Assembly: GCA_965249035.1 (NCBI GenBank)
Contig: CBDFKV010000003.1
Location: 66,814-130,813, forward strand
Reading direction: 5' to 3'
DNA from: Candidatus Poriferihabitaceae bacterium
GTDB lineage: Bacteria > Pseudomonadota > Gammaproteobacteria > Arenicellales > Poriferihabitantaceae
Length of the DNA: 64,000 bases
Positions 1 to 11,104 of the stretch are shown here, one piece after another. The position numbers and the translations under genes are program-made. The notes under the pieces are model-generated. The model was not told where the DNA came from. It did not search any database and worked only from the letters and a program-made list of their open reading frames with translations. Position 1 is the first letter of the stretch. Each line of letters starts with the position of its first letter.

Positions 1-847
1 TCACGGCTGTATCGTTTTGCAGCCCTACGATATGGAAGTCGGTGCTGGCACCTTTCACCGCGCTACTTTCTTAGACGCGGTCGGGCCGGAACCCATGCAG
101 GCTGCTTATGTGCAGCCTTCCCGGCGACCGACTGATGGCCGCTATGGTGAGAACCCGAATCGCTTGCAGCACTATTTTCAGTATCAGGTAGTGCTTAAGC
201 CTTCGCCGGACGACATTCAAGAGCTATACCTCGGCTCCTTGAAAAAACTGGGCCTGGACTTTCTCGAAGACGATATTCGCTTTGTTGAAGACAACTGGGA
301 ATCTCCTACACTGGGTGCCTGGGGCTTGGGTTGGGAAGTGTGGCTAAATGGCATGGAAGTCACCCAATTCACTTATTTTCAACAAGTGGGTGGCTTGGAA
401 TGCCGACCGGTGACCGGTGAAATCACCTACGGCCTGGAACGCATAGCGATGTATCTCCAAGGTGTTGACAGCATTTATGACTTAGTCTGGACTGATGCCT
501 ACACCTACCGGGATATTTACCATCAAAACGAAGTCGAGCAATCCCAGTACAACTTTGATTTGGCCAATGTTCCAGAATTGTTGCGTCAGTTTGATGCGGC
601 TGAAACTGCGTGCCAGTTGTGCCTCGAGCATCAGCTGCCCTTGCCTGCCTATGAGCAAATACTCAAAGCATCCCATTTGTTTAACTTGCTGGATGCGCGC
701 CACGCCATCGGCGTGACTGAACGCGCGCGTTACATCGGTCGCGTACGCACACTCTCTCGTGGCGTCGCGCAAGCGTATTACGACAGTCGAGAAGCACTGG
801 GCTTTCCACGCGGACAAACCCTAAAGCAAGCCGGGGGTGCGGCATGA
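1..847 (+). CDS. glyQ: glycine--tRNA ligase alpha subunit (5' end cut by window edge)
   Basis: The frame is open from base 2. The translation [19 protein letters not shown]...[28 protein letters not shown]...[17 protein letters not shown]...[17 protein letters not shown] matches remembered E. coli GlyQ block for block. The stop overlaps the glyS start (ATGA at 844-847). Confidence 0.96.
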   Translation, partial: HGCIVLQPYDMEVGAGTFHRATFLDAVGPEPMQAAYVQPSRRPTDGRYGENPNRLQHYFQYQVVLKPSPDDIQELYLGSLKKLGLDFLEDDIRFVEDNWESPTLGAWGLGWEVWLNGMEVTQFTYFQQVGGLECRPVTGEITYGLERIAMYLQGVDSIYDLVWTDAYTYRDIYHQNEVEQSQYNFDLANVPELLRQFDAAETACQLCLEHQLPLPAYEQILKASHLFNLLDARHAIGVTERARYIGRVRTLSRGVAQAYYDSREALGFPRGQTLKQAGGAA

Positions 848-2949
848 GTGAGCAGCAAAACCTGTTAATCGAGCTCTGCACCGAGGAGTTGCCGCCCAAG
901 GCACTCAAACAATTAGCCAATGCTTTTGCGCGTGGCATTATCGAATCATTGCTGGAAGCGGGCGTTGTCAGCAAGAACACAGTTCATCACATTTACGCAA
1001 CCCCGCGTCGGCTAGCGATTCACATCAGTGATGTTTTGGCAAAGCAAGCCGACCGTAACGAGCAACGTCGCGGGCCATCACTGCAAGCGGCGTTTGATGC
1101 CGATGGTAATCCCAGCAAGGCCGCCGAAGGCTTCGCACGCTCGTGTGGCGTAGCCGTCGGCGATCTGGACCGCCTTGAAACTGACAAAGGCGCGTGGCTG
1201 GTTTACGAAAAATCTGTCAATGGCCGCAATATTGATGAAATCGCGCAGGAAGCGCTCGATACATCGATCCAGCGATTACCCATCCCTAAACGGATGCGCT
1301 GGGGCGACAAAAGTGTCGAGTTCGTCCGCCCGGTGCATGGCTTAGTAGCATTGTTTGGCAAGCGCGTCATGGATATCAGTACGCTGGGCCAGACCGCTGG
1401 CCGCAAAACCCGCGGACATCGGTTTCACCACCCGGATTTAGTCAGCATTGACCATGCCGATAATTACGCGGCAACGCTAAACAATGCCAAAGTTATTGCT
1501 GATTACGACCAACGCCAGCAAATCATTCACGAGCAAGCTACGAGCCTGGCCACAGAAATAAATGGCGAAGTGCAAATTCACCCGGCCCTGCTGGATGAAG
1601 TCACTGCCTTGGTCGAATGGCCAGTCGCGATCATGGGTAGTTTTGACCCTACTTTTCTGGATGTTCCAACACCTGCACTGGTCGCATCGATGCAAGACCA
1701 CCAGAAATATTTTTATGTTACTGACGGTAGTGGAGCCTTAGTACCGCGGTTCATAACCATCAGCAATATAGAATCAAGCAACGTTAGCCGTGTCCGCGAG
1801 GGCAACGAACGTGTCTTGCGTGCCCGCTTGGCCGATGCCCAGTTTTTTTGGGAAACTGATAAGCAACAAACGCTGGAGTCTCGCCGTGACGCGCTAAAAG
1901 GTGTGATGTATCACGTCAAGCTTGGCTCGGTAGCCGATAAAACCACGCGTGTTGCCGCATTGGCGCGCACGATTGCATCGATGATTGAGGCCGGTCCTGA
2001 TGAAGCTGAGCGCGCTGCTTTGCTGTGCAAAACTGATTTGGTCTCAGATATGGTCGGTGAGTTCGCTTCATTGCAAGGGATTATGGGGCGCTACTACGCT
2101 GACAATGACGGTGAGCCAGCCACAGTCATCGAAGCCATTGAACAACACTATTGGCCGCGGTTCTCAGGCGATCAACTACCCACTGGGGGCGTTTCTCAAA
2201 CCGTTGCGCTGGCCGACCGCCTGGATACCTTAGTCGGCATTTTTGCCACCGGAGAAAAACCCACCGGCGTCAAAGACCCGTATGCGCTACGTCGTGCTGC
2301 CTTGGGTGTTTTACGCTTATTAATCGAGCAAAAGCTGGACCTTGCCTTGGTTGATCTTCTGAATGCCAGCATTGAGACTTTTCAACTCACCCCTGATATT
2401 AAGGCAAAACCAGATGCCGCCACCCGCGCTGAAGTGCTGGCATTTATTCTCGACCGCCTGAAAGCCTATTACCAAGCCCGAGATTTCAGCACCCACGAAT
2501 TTAATGCGGTGGCTGGAGTTCATCCGGCGCGCGCGCATGACTTTGACTTGCGTATTCACGCGGTTAGGCAATTCCTCCACGAGGATGCCGACGCCGCCAA
2601 GTCGTTAGCAGCCGCGAATAAACGCATTTCGAATATCCTTAAGAAAACGGCTGGCGCTATCCCCAATTTTTCGCGAACCTTGTTGGTCGAGGATGCTGAA
2701 CAGGCACTGGCAAAGGCGCTTGAGCAGATAGAAAACGAAGTATCCGGCCTATTTGATCAAGCAAATTATCGGCAAGGCTTGAGCTTGTTATCAACGCTAC
2801 GTGGCCCGGTTGATCAATTCTTTGATCAGGTCATGGTCATGGCGGATGATGAAGCGCTTAGAAACAACCGCCTGGCGTTGTTAACTCGCTTGCGCGACCT
2901 ATTCTTAAGGGTGGCGGATATTTCCCATTTAAACGCCGAGGCGCAGTAG
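844..2949 (+). CDS. glyS: glycine--tRNA ligase beta subunit
   Basis: A 701-aa ORF translationally coupled to glyQ. It has the GlyS-type N-terminus [15 protein letters not shown] and the typical beta-subunit length. Confidence 0.93.
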   Translation: MSEQQNLLIELCTEELPPKALKQLANAFARGIIESLLEAGVVSKNTVHHIYATPRRLAIHISDVLAKQADRNEQRRGPSLQAAFDADGNPSKAAEGFARSCGVAVGDLDRLETDKGAWLVYEKSVNGRNIDEIAQEALDTSIQRLPIPKRMRWGDKSVEFVRPVHGLVALFGKRVMDISTLGQTAGRKTRGHRFHHPDLVSIDHADNYAATLNNAKVIADYDQRQQIIHEQATSLATEINGEVQIHPALLDEVTALVEWPVAIMGSFDPTFLDVPTPALVASMQDHQKYFYVTDGSGALVPRFITISNIESSNVSRVREGNERVLRARLADAQFFWETDKQQTLESRRDALKGVMYHVKLGSVADKTTRVAALARTIASMIEAGPDEAERAALLCKTDLVSDMVGEFASLQGIMGRYYADNDGEPATVIEAIEQHYWPRFSGDQLPTGGVSQTVALADRLDTLVGIFATGEKPTGVKDPYALRRAALGVLRLLIEQKLDLALVDLLNASIETFQLTPDIKAKPDAATRAEVLAFILDRLKAYYQARDFSTHEFNAVAGVHPARAHDFDLRIHAVRQFLHEDADAAKSLAAANKRISNILKKTAGAIPNFSRTLLVEDAEQALAKALEQIENEVSGLFDQANYRQGLSLLSTLRGPVDQFFDQVMVMADDEALRNNRLALLTRLRDLFLRVADISHLNAEAQ

Positions 2950-2959
2950 TATCAAGCGC

Positions 2960-3316
2960 ATGAACAATGATCGTGACTCATGGCAAGCAATGATGTCCGC
3001 CGTTAAGGCCTTTCACGACAAGCATGCCTTCGACCAAAACGGTGGTGAAGACATGGTCTACCGGGTGGCGCTGATGGTGGAAGAGCTTGGTGAAATTGCC
3101 GACTGCGTGACCAAAGGCCATAATAAAGAAAAGCTGGCAGAAGAGTGCGCCGACTTACTGATCTTGAACCTGGGCAATGCAATCTCTGCAGATTTCGACT
3201 TAAACAAAGCGTTTTGGGCCAAGATGGACAAGCTCGCAACCCGTGAAAGCCGCGTGATCGATGGGCGAATCCGTGTCTCCGAGTTCACTGGGGTCGATGC
3301 TAACGAGTCTGACTGA
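2960..3316 (+). CDS. MazG-like nucleotide pyrophosphohydrolase family protein
   Basis: A 118-aa ORF with the all-alpha MazG pattern MVEELGEIAD...LAEECADLLILNLG. Confidence 0.6.
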   Translation: MNNDRDSWQAMMSAVKAFHDKHAFDQNGGEDMVYRVALMVEELGEIADCVTKGHNKEKLAEECADLLILNLGNAISADFDLNKAFWAKMDKLATRESRVIDGRIRVSEFTGVDANESD

Positions 3317-3917
3317 CGTGTCCCTCTCACCCAAAAAATGGCTATTTCTTGATCGTGATGGTGTCATCAATCACGATTCCGATGCTTATATTAAATCCCT
3401 AGCCGAATGGCAAGCAATTGATGGCAGCATCGACGCGATTGTACGTCTCAGTAAAGCGGGGTATGGTGTAATCGTAGTGACCAATCAATCAGGATTAGCG
3501 CGAAATTACTTTAGCCCACAGACGCTAGACGCCATCCACAGCAAGATGAGCACATTGGTACAAAACGCCGGCGGGGACATCCAGGCCATCTATTTTTGTC
3601 CGCACGGGCCAGATGATGGCTGTGATTGTCGTAAGCCTAAAGACGGTTTGTTTTTGCAAGCTGCGGCAGATCACAATATTGATCTGACCCAATGCTTCGC
3701 GGTGGGGGATTCGATCAGAGACCTCGAAGCCGCTCGCTCTGCGGGCGCGTCTCCGCTACTGGTTGAAACCGGCAAAGGCGCTCGCAGCCTCGCGGCTATT
3801 GCTGAGATAACAGCGTCTGGGGAGCGACACTGGCTGACAAGCGTCCCAACCTATACGAATCTAGCGGCTTGTGTGGATGACCTCCTCACCCTTGAAGCAA
3901 CCGCTAAAGCTCAATGA
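3297..3917 (+). CDS. gmhB: D-glycero-beta-D-manno-heptose 1,7-bisphosphate 7-phosphatase
   Basis: HAD motifs FLDRDGVIN and VVTNQSG, the Zn-loop CPHGPDDGCDCRKP, and VGDSIRD. ATG 3297 is preferred over the longer 3261 start because it leaves a short N-terminus as in E. coli GmhB. The start is uncertain. Confidence 0.85.
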   Translation: MLTSLTDVSLSPKKWLFLDRDGVINHDSDAYIKSLAEWQAIDGSIDAIVRLSKAGYGVIVVTNQSGLARNYFSPQTLDAIHSKMSTLVQNAGGDIQAIYFCPHGPDDGCDCRKPKDGLFLQAAADHNIDLTQCFAVGDSIRDLEAARSAGASPLLVETGKGARSLAAIAEITASGERHWLTSVPTYTNLAACVDDLLTLEATAKAQ

Positions 3918-4639
3918 TTTACTTACGCAGTTTACTTTTTTTGATTGGCCAACTGGTCACCACGGTGATTCATTCGATCAACGTTACCTTGTTCGCATGG
4001 TTATTACCGCCAGTCGCTCGCTCCCAGTTTGTTGGCGTGTGGGCACGGTTTATGCGTTGGTGGATGAAAATCGTACTGGGGCTCACCTACGAAGTACACG
4101 GACTCGAAAACCTGCCGGATCAGTCAGCCATCGTGCTGTCCAATCATCAATCGGCGTGGGAAACCATCATGTTTCAGAACATTCTGCCCGCACAAAGCCA
4201 GTTGATCAAACGAGAGCTACTGTGGATCCCCTTTTTTGGGTGGGCGATGGCAGTCAATTTGCCAATCGCAATTGACCGCTCTAAGAAAACCTCAGCCTTA
4301 AGCAAATTGGTCGCACAGGGTAAAGACAGACTAGCAAAAGACCGTTGGATTATTGTGTACCCTGAAGGCACCCGAATGCCGTATGGGAAACTGGGCAATT
4401 ATCAAGCGGGTGGGGCGTATCTCGCTTGTAAAACGGGCGCTCCGGTGGTTCCAGTAGTACACAATTCCGGAAAATATTGGCCCAAATCAGCCTTCTTGAA
4501 AAAACCGGGAATAGTACAGATGGTGATCGGCCCGACTATCGAAACTAAAGGCAAAAAACCGAGAGAAATCAACCAACAAGTCCATCAATGGACACAGGAA
4601 ACATTGGCGAATCATCCAGTATTTAACCCCGCCAAATAA
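3914..4639 (+). CDS. plsC: 1-acyl-sn-glycerol-3-phosphate acyltransferase
   Basis: Acyltransferase blocks SNHQSAWE and VYPEGTR. The ATGA overlap with gmhB and the gmhB-plsC order match Pseudomonas. Confidence 0.85.
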   Translation: MIYLRSLLFLIGQLVTTVIHSINVTLFAWLLPPVARSQFVGVWARFMRWWMKIVLGLTYEVHGLENLPDQSAIVLSNHQSAWETIMFQNILPAQSQLIKRELLWIPFFGWAMAVNLPIAIDRSKKTSALSKLVAQGKDRLAKDRWIIVYPEGTRMPYGKLGNYQAGGAYLACKTGAPVVPVVHNSGKYWPKSAFLKKPGIVQMVIGPTIETKGKKPREINQQVHQWTQETLANHPVFNPAK

Positions 4640-4785
4640 ATCATTTTTCAACACAAATACAACAGACTTGGCTACTCACTGCTAAATCGTATTGTGCGAA
4701 AAACATTGCGGTCGTACAATCGAACGCTAATACACCAATAAACACCTCCTAAAACCCATCCTGACCGCCCCAAGGTCCTCCCATC

Positions 4786-6600
4786 ATGTTACGACGTATC
4801 ATTTTTCCTACCGTATTGGCGTTGCTCGCCTACGGTTTCTGGATCAGCCCTGATTTCAAGCAAATCGCCGCTGGTGTTTCTATTTTCTTGTTCGGCATGC
4901 TGTTTCTTGAAGAAGGGTTCAAAGCCTTTTCGGGGGGTGTTCTAGAACGGTTGCTGCGCAAAACGACCAGCAGCACCTGGAAAGCACTCAGCTTTGGCGT
5001 CGTCAGCACCAGCATTATGCAATCGAGCTCGCTGGTTTCGGTCATCACCATTTCTTTTCTTGGCGCTGGGCTGATTTCATTGGCTGCGGGTATTGGCATT
5101 ATATTTGGCGCCAACCTCGGCACCACGACCGGTGCCTGGCTAATCGCCGGTTTTGGCATGAAAGTCAAGATCTCAGCTTACGCCATGCCAATGCTGGTGT
5201 TTGGCATCATTTTAGTCTTCCAGAAATCAAAATCATTTAAAGGGTTTGGCTATATCCTTGCTGGCCTGGGCTTTTTATTCCTCGGCATCCACTACATGAA
5301 GGAAGGGTTTGAAGCCTTTCGCGATACGATTGATTTGACCCGATTCGCGGTCGAAGGCTATCCCGGTATCATCATATTCACCTTGATTGGCGCATTTGCA
5401 ACCGTCGTCATGCAGTCTAGCCATGCGACGTTGGTGATCATCATCACCGCACTCTCGGCCGGACAAATCACTTACGAAAATGCCCTGGCGCTGGCGATCG
5501 GTGCCAATATTGGCACTACCATTACGGCAATATTGGGTGCGATGAGTTCCAACGTACAAGGCCGCCGATTAGCTGCGGCTCACCTAATTTTTAACGTAGT
5601 CACCGCCGCAATTGCGATCGCCCTGATTTATCAAATAGCCGATATGGTTGATTGGTTTAGCTCGCTGCTTGGTATCGACAGTGAAAACTATACGTTGAAG
5701 CTAGCCGTCTTTCACACGATATTTAACTTAATCGGCATTTTGGCAATGCTGCCTTTCATCAATCAATTAGTTGTGTTTCTAATGAAGGCGATGAAGCCGA
5801 AAACCCGAACCAGCGCCGATCCGATCCACTTGCATGAATCGTCTATCGAGCTGCCCGATACTGCGATTGAAGCCGTACGCAAAGAGACCCTGCACCTGTA
5901 CGACAATGCCTTTGAAATTATCACTCACGGCTTGAGTTTGCACCGCCACGACATCCTGTCAGATCGCGACCTGGAAGAGATTATTCAGGATTCTAACAAA
6001 CCCATGCCGATTGACATTACCGAAGAGTATGAAGCAACCGTAAAAGGCCTTTACAGCGAAATCGTCGCCTTTATTAGTCGCGCTCAGGTTGGGATGGACG
6101 GCGAGCAGATGAATGAGCTGTTTGCATTGCGGGCTGCTGGTCGCGATATTGTTGAAGCGATCAAAGATACCGAGCGATTACAAAAGAACTTATCCACATT
6201 TATCGCCTCGGATAATGAATTCATCCGCGCTGAATACAATCGTATTCGTCTGTTTCTTGCTTCTGTATTACGCCAAATATCCACCGCTAAAGAGGATGAC
6301 GATAGCTTAAGCATGCTAAAGCTCGATAAGATAAAATACGCCATGGAGTCTAATGATACGACCCTGAATGGCGTACTAGAAGCGCTGATCAGAGAGCAGA
6401 AAATCACACCTTTGATGGCAACATCTTTGATGAATGATTCAGCTTACGCATTTGAGGCTACCAAGGATCTTCTGCAAATGGGTGGCATCCTTTTCGCCAA
6501 AGGTGATTTAGCGATGAAGGAAGTCGAACGAAAATTTGCCCTGGATGAAGATGAAATCCAAGAAATTATTAAAACTCAAGAGCGACAACAAGAGGCGTAA
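4786..6600 (+). CDS. Na/Pi cotransporter family protein with C-terminal PhoU-like region
   Basis: A 604-aa ORF. The N-terminal ~340 aa are polytopic membrane with two NptA-type repeats (SSSLVSVITISF.. / QSSHATLVIIITAL..). The C-terminal region is soluble and helical. Confidence 0.8.
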   Translation: MLRRIIFPTVLALLAYGFWISPDFKQIAAGVSIFLFGMLFLEEGFKAFSGGVLERLLRKTTSSTWKALSFGVVSTSIMQSSSLVSVITISFLGAGLISLAAGIGIIFGANLGTTTGAWLIAGFGMKVKISAYAMPMLVFGIILVFQKSKSFKGFGYILAGLGFLFLGIHYMKEGFEAFRDTIDLTRFAVEGYPGIIIFTLIGAFATVVMQSSHATLVIIITALSAGQITYENALALAIGANIGTTITAILGAMSSNVQGRRLAAAHLIFNVVTAAIAIALIYQIADMVDWFSSLLGIDSENYTLKLAVFHTIFNLIGILAMLPFINQLVVFLMKAMKPKTRTSADPIHLHESSIELPDTAIEAVRKETLHLYDNAFEIITHGLSLHRHDILSDRDLEEIIQDSNKPMPIDITEEYEATVKGLYSEIVAFISRAQVGMDGEQMNELFALRAAGRDIVEAIKDTERLQKNLSTFIASDNEFIRAEYNRIRLFLASVLRQISTAKEDDDSLSMLKLDKIKYAMESNDTTLNGVLEALIREQKITPLMATSLMNDSAYAFEATKDLLQMGGILFAKGDLAMKEVERKFALDEDEIQEIIKTQERQQEA

Positions 6601-6603
6601 TCT

Positions 6604-6864
6604 ATGAAAACACCCAAACTCCTGAAAAAGATCAAGAAATACATCGATGAAGATACTCAAACGCAGCTGAAGAACGAAGAATATATTCTTGTAATCATCC
6701 ACAAACTGAAAAAGAAACAGCTAGCTGCCAAAGCCAAGCTTGAGCTAACCGACGCAGCATCCGAGCGCAAAGCGCTGTTGCAAGATATTGAGATTATAAA
6801 AGCGCAGCGAAAGAAAGGCCTCAAAGCGCTGAAAAAAGCGCGCCTGAAAAGAAAGACTAAGTAA
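6604..6864 (+). CDS. hypothetical Lys-rich helical protein (86 aa)
   Basis: The ORF starts 4 nt after the Na/Pi cotransporter stop. It is about one third Lys/Arg with a coiled-coil-like composition. I recognised no family. Confidence 0.4.
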   Translation: MKTPKLLKKIKKYIDEDTQTQLKNEEYILVIIHKLKKKQLAAKAKLELTDAASERKALLQDIEIIKAQRKKGLKALKKARLKRKTK

Positions 6865-7015
6865 GCATCAGACTGCCCATTTGGAATGACGCTCTGCTGC
6901 CAAACATTGGCGTCAGAGCGAAACTGCCGCTGGAAGCCAGTAACATAACTCCGTCTGTCATCTTTGATATCGGCTAGACTCAACGGGGCCAGCACCCTAT
7001 CAAATCTAAGCTCTA

Positions 7016-7759
7016 ATGCACACTCGCTTACGTCTATCCAAAGGCTACGCACTCTGCCATACAGCCTATGCTAACGAAGCTTGGCACGATTTTTATGAGC
7101 GCGTGATCAATGACCAAGTACAGCACGTCCAGCAACTGAAGCACGATGGCACCACCACGGTTTATCGCGCGGACATTCAACAAACTGAATGTGTGGTCAA
7201 GCGCTATAACACTAAGAATACTTGGCATTTCATCCGCCGTGCTCTACGCCAAAGTCGGGCGATGAATTGTTGGGAAATGGCCCAAGACTATCTGGCTGCG
7301 GGCATCCAAACACCTCAGCCAATTGCCATGATTCAGGCCCGAAACGGCCTGTTCAAACGTCGCTCCTGGTATATCTGCACCCACCAATCGGGCCAAACCT
7401 TATCAGATACAGTTGCCCATCGCCCCGACCCCAAAAAGCTGCATATCTGGCCAAGCCAAATGGCCCAGCTATTTCGTACCATGCTCGATAACCGTCTATC
7501 GCACGGCGACTTCAAGGCGACCAATCTAATCACGCATGACGATCAAATCGTACTAATCGACTTGGATGCTGCCCGCTCGCACCCATCATCGGCGCGCCAC
7601 CTGAAAATACTGACCAAAGACTACCATCGATTTATGCAAAACTGGGCTGATGACCCTATAGCGCTTACCCATTTCCGTGCCGCGTTGCAACCGATAGAAT
7701 GGGCGCTACCTAAGAACACCACAGGAGAGCACCATGAAGAAAAAGATACACCTGATTAG
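7016..7759 (+). CDS. lipopolysaccharide kinase (Kdo/WaaP) family protein
   Basis: A kinase catalytic loop HGDFKATNLI followed by LIDLDA, and a Lys-containing N-lobe (VVKRYN). The size of 247 aa is typical of stand-alone LPS core kinases. Confidence 0.7.
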   Translation: MHTRLRLSKGYALCHTAYANEAWHDFYERVINDQVQHVQQLKHDGTTTVYRADIQQTECVVKRYNTKNTWHFIRRALRQSRAMNCWEMAQDYLAAGIQTPQPIAMIQARNGLFKRRSWYICTHQSGQTLSDTVAHRPDPKKLHIWPSQMAQLFRTMLDNRLSHGDFKATNLITHDDQIVLIDLDAARSHPSSARHLKILTKDYHRFMQNWADDPIALTHFRAALQPIEWALPKNTTGEHHEEKDTPD

Positions 7760-8696
7760 CAGCCTTATCATGTTGGCGAGTTTAACCGCCAACAGCGCCG
7801 ACAAAGCCGCCCCTATTTCAGAACAATACCCACCACAATCGATTACCGAAGACGTCCATATTATTCACGGCCCATTGGCATTCCCGTCGGCAGCGAATCA
7901 AGGCTTCATGAATAACCCGGCAATCATCGAAACCAGTGCAGGGTTGGTGGTCATCGATCCCGGCGGTACTGTACAAACGGGCGATATGGTCGTAGAAGAA
8001 GCCAAAAAAATCTCTAATCAGCCTATCGTCGCCACCTTTTCCACGCATATCCACGGTGACCATTGGCTGGGCAATCAAGCGATTCTCGAACACTACCCTA
8101 GCGCAGTACTCTATGCGCATCCCAAAACGATTGAGCTCGCTGAAAATGGCGAAGCCCAAGCGTGGGTCGATTCAATGTACCAACTTACCGAGGGCGCCAG
8201 TGCCGGAACTATTGGCACCATCCCAAATAAGCCCGTTGATGATGGCGATGAAATCACTATTGGCGACAAAACCTTTCGCATTGTCCACAAAGGCCAGGCC
8301 CACACTATTACCGACATCATGATTCACGTAGTCGAAGACGATGTTTATTTTCTCGGCGATAACACCATGAATGGCCGTCTTGGGCGGATGGATGATGGCA
8401 GTTTTATCGGCTTATCCGAGACCTTGAAAAATGCTATCGCTACCCAAGCACAACATTATGTCCCGGGACACGGCCTCACCGGTGGTGTCGCGTTGGTCGA
8501 ATCATTCATGCGCTTAATCGATACCGTATACGCTACCAGTGCTGAAGAATACGACAATGGCATGAGCGACTTTGAAATAAAACCCAAAGTGGTGGAGCGG
8601 CTACAGCCTTATCAACAGTGGCAAGACTTTAATGAAGCGATTGGTAAATTTGTCAGCTTGGCAGTACTTGAAGCTGAAAATGAAGCGTTCAAATAA
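7734..8696 (+). CDS. secreted MBL-fold metallo-hydrolase
   Basis: Signal peptide MKKKIHLISSLIMLASLTANSA, metal motif THIHGDHWLGN, and a later VPGHG. Confidence 0.8.
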   Translation: MKKKIHLISSLIMLASLTANSADKAAPISEQYPPQSITEDVHIIHGPLAFPSAANQGFMNNPAIIETSAGLVVIDPGGTVQTGDMVVEEAKKISNQPIVATFSTHIHGDHWLGNQAILEHYPSAVLYAHPKTIELAENGEAQAWVDSMYQLTEGASAGTIGTIPNKPVDDGDEITIGDKTFRIVHKGQAHTITDIMIHVVEDDVYFLGDNTMNGRLGRMDDGSFIGLSETLKNAIATQAQHYVPGHGLTGGVALVESFMRLIDTVYATSAEEYDNGMSDFEIKPKVVERLQPYQQWQDFNEAIGKFVSLAVLEAENEAFK

Positions 8697-8989
8697 TCAC
8701 TGACCAATCTGCTCAAAGATAGGTGGGTCTTGATGGCACCCAAGACGGTTAGCCAGGTATTGAACACCTATGGCAAATCGATTTTACCCGAAGAGGCTGG
8801 AAATATACCGGGTTGGCATACCAAAGTGATTGATGCTACCGATGAAGCGAGTGTAATCCCCCAGTTTTTGACGAAGAAAGCAATCCAACCAACGGACCTG
8901 AAGTTCAGAGCTTCAGGGACAGCTTGGAAAGCCAGCTCGCTATATCGAGCTTTCAGCACTTGCGACTTGAGCTTTTCTTTTTAATAGTA

Positions 8990-9451
8990 CTAGATCGGCA
9001 ATGGTCGTTGTTCTTCGATGGCTTCCATCGCGAAATAAGACGTAACCGAATCAAGCTCGACATCCTCAATCAATCGCTGATAAACCTTGTCATAGCTGTT
9101 CATATCCTGAGTCACCACCTTAAGCAGGTAGTCATAGTCACCGCCAATACGGAAAAAATCAATGACTTCGGGAATATTGGATACGTGTGCCCGAAACTCC
9201 GCGAGCCAATCACTGGAATGGTGACGCGTCCGCACCATCACAAACACCACCAGCCCCAGACCCAGTTTCTGCCGATCAAGTCGAACGGTGTGCCCAAGAA
9301 TAACGCCCTGCTCTTTTAGGTTCTGCAAGCGATGCCAACAGGCATTTGCCGATAAATGTACTTGCTCCGCCAGCTCACGCTGCGATAGCGAGCCATTGCG
9401 TTGGATGATTTTCAGCATTTTCTTTCCTATTTGATCGAGTTTTATCTGCAT
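8990..9451 (-). CDS. Lrp/AsnC family transcriptional regulator
   Basis: A 153-aa ORF with an N-terminal HTH (LDQIGKKMLKIIQRNGSLSQRELAEQVHLSANACWHRLQNL) and a C-terminal RAM-like domain. It is divergent from the class-V aminotransferase gene. Confidence 0.88.
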   Translation of the reverse strand: MQIKLDQIGKKMLKIIQRNGSLSQRELAEQVHLSANACWHRLQNLKEQGVILGHTVRLDRQKLGLGLVVFVMVRTRHHSSDWLAEFRAHVSNIPEVIDFFRIGGDYDYLLKVVTQDMNSYDKVYQRLIEDVELDSVTSYFAMEAIEEQRPLPI

Positions 9452-9526
9452 TTATCGAATAATTCCCTAGTATTTTGATAATTGACTAGGTTTTATTGAA
9501 CAAAAACCCGTCAATGTCAATGCATA

Positions 9527-11068
9527 ATGTCGACAACAGATATTGAACCTTTAAATCGAGCAGCAAAAATGGCCTTTGAACTATTCCGAAAAAGTATTGC
9601 AAGCCCAAGTGTAGTCAGTGATTTACGTGCAGGCCTTATTGGTGAGGGTGTGCAAATCACAACGCCATTTGGTAAGAAAAAACTGATCTATGCCGACTAC
9701 ACGGCATCGGGACGCGCATTGCGGCAAGTGGAGGACTTCGTTGCCGAGCACGTTTTGCCCTACTATGCCAACAGCCACACCGAATCTTCTTTTTGCGGGG
9801 CTTATACGACCCGTCTTCGTAATGAAGCACGAAACATCATTGCACAAGAGACCAATGCACTAGAAGGCTGTTCGGTTATTTTTACAGGCTCTGGTGCTAC
9901 AGCAGCGATAAACCGACTGGTTGCACTCAGTGGTGTAACTAATGTGGAAAAATACGCTAAAGAGGGGAAGAAATTTTGGGGCAGTCGAGGAACCAAACCA
10001 ACCGTTTTTATTGGTCCTTATGAACATCATTCTAACATTCTCCCATGGCGTGAAAGTGGCGCTGAAATTGTTGAGATTGAAGAAGCACCAGCAGGTGGCC
10101 CGAATTTGGAACAACTCGAAAATGAGTTAGCCGCGCGCAAAAGCAGCCCGTTGCTGATTGGCTCGTTTTCTGCAGCATCCAACGTTACCGGCATCATCAC
10201 TGATGCCGATGCCGTCACTCGCTTACTCAAAAGCTATGGCGCGTTGGCGTTTTGGGATTATGCCGGTGGCGGACCGTATCTACCCATCGACATGAACCCT
10301 GGTGCAGGACTGGAAAAAGATGCCATCTTTCTTTCACCGCATAAATTTCCAGGTGGTCCAGGGGCTTCTGGAGTGTTAATCATCCGAGATTCGGCCGTTA
10401 AAACTGACCGCCCAACCTGGCCTGGCGGTGGCTCTGTTTCTTACGTATCGCCTTGGGCACACGACTATTTCAGCTCAATTATTGAGCGCGAAGAAGCGGG
10501 AACACCGAACATTATTGGAGATATTCGTGCTGCGCTTGTGTTCCTGGTCAAATCTGCTGTTGGCGTTGAATTTATCGCCAAAAGAGACCGAGAATTAGGT
10601 GAGCGAGCGCTTAAAGTCTGGAGCAAGAATCCGAATCTGAACTTGCTAGGAGTGGATAAACCTGATCGCTTACCCATCTTCTCGTTTACTGTTCACGATG
10701 ACCAAGGCGAGCATATTCATCACCAGTTGTTCACCCATATGCTCAGCGATATGACGGGCACTCAAGCCCGTGGCGGCTGTGTTTGTGCAGGCCCCTATGG
10801 TCACCGATTGCTGGGTGTTGAGCGCGAAGAATCAGAGCGTATTCGCAATATCATTCAAGGCGGTGTAGAAATACAAAAGCCTGGCTGGATCCGCCTAAAT
10901 TTCAGTTTTCTCATCGATGATGAAACCGCCGATCATATTATCGACAGTGTTGACAGCCTCGCACGAAATGCGACTGAGTTGATGAAGCACTATTCGGTGG
11001 ATGTCTCAACCGCCCAATTTCATCATTTATCCAACAGCAGCCAGGAACAACAGCTTATGACGGGTTAA
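9527..11068 (+). CDS. class-V aminotransferase-fold PLP enzyme (cysteine desulfurase/NifS-like, long form)
   Basis: A 513-aa ORF with FTGSGATAAIN, the candidate PLP-Lys block FLSPHKFPGGPGASGVL, and a C-terminal GGCVCAGPYGH. Confidence 0.7.
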   Translation: MSTTDIEPLNRAAKMAFELFRKSIASPSVVSDLRAGLIGEGVQITTPFGKKKLIYADYTASGRALRQVEDFVAEHVLPYYANSHTESSFCGAYTTRLRNEARNIIAQETNALEGCSVIFTGSGATAAINRLVALSGVTNVEKYAKEGKKFWGSRGTKPTVFIGPYEHHSNILPWRESGAEIVEIEEAPAGGPNLEQLENELAARKSSPLLIGSFSAASNVTGIITDADAVTRLLKSYGALAFWDYAGGGPYLPIDMNPGAGLEKDAIFLSPHKFPGGPGASGVLIIRDSAVKTDRPTWPGGGSVSYVSPWAHDYFSSIIEREEAGTPNIIGDIRAALVFLVKSAVGVEFIAKRDRELGERALKVWSKNPNLNLLGVDKPDRLPIFSFTVHDDQGEHIHHQLFTHMLSDMTGTQARGGCVCAGPYGHRLLGVEREESERIRNIIQGGVEIQKPGWIRLNFSFLIDDETADHIIDSVDSLARNATELMKHYSVDVSTAQFHHLSNSSQEQQLMTG

Positions 11069-11104
11069 GCAGCGCAAACTCACCCAACATAAAAGCCGTT
11101 TAGT

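Noticed and set aside
6657-7052. A 131-aa antisense ORF spanning the Lys-rich small ORF and the start of the LPS-kinase gene. There are many similar 60-140-aa antisense or alternative-frame ORFs inside large genes, for example 47146-47571, 54852-55277 and 28946-29266.
   Set aside because: All are nested in or opposite to genes with clear homology. They have skewed composition and no motifs, which is typical of shadow ORFs.
8697-8989. A 293-nt spacer between the convergent MBL-hydrolase and Lrp genes, containing an 84-aa plus-strand ORF and a 63-aa minus-strand ORF. I wondered whether it was a transposase or integrase remnant.
   Set aside because: Neither translation shows any motif I can assign (no HTH, DDE or Tyr-recombinase blocks). 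There is no credible RBS and there are no flanking repeats. It is probably non-coding or a decayed fragment that cannot be identified by eye.
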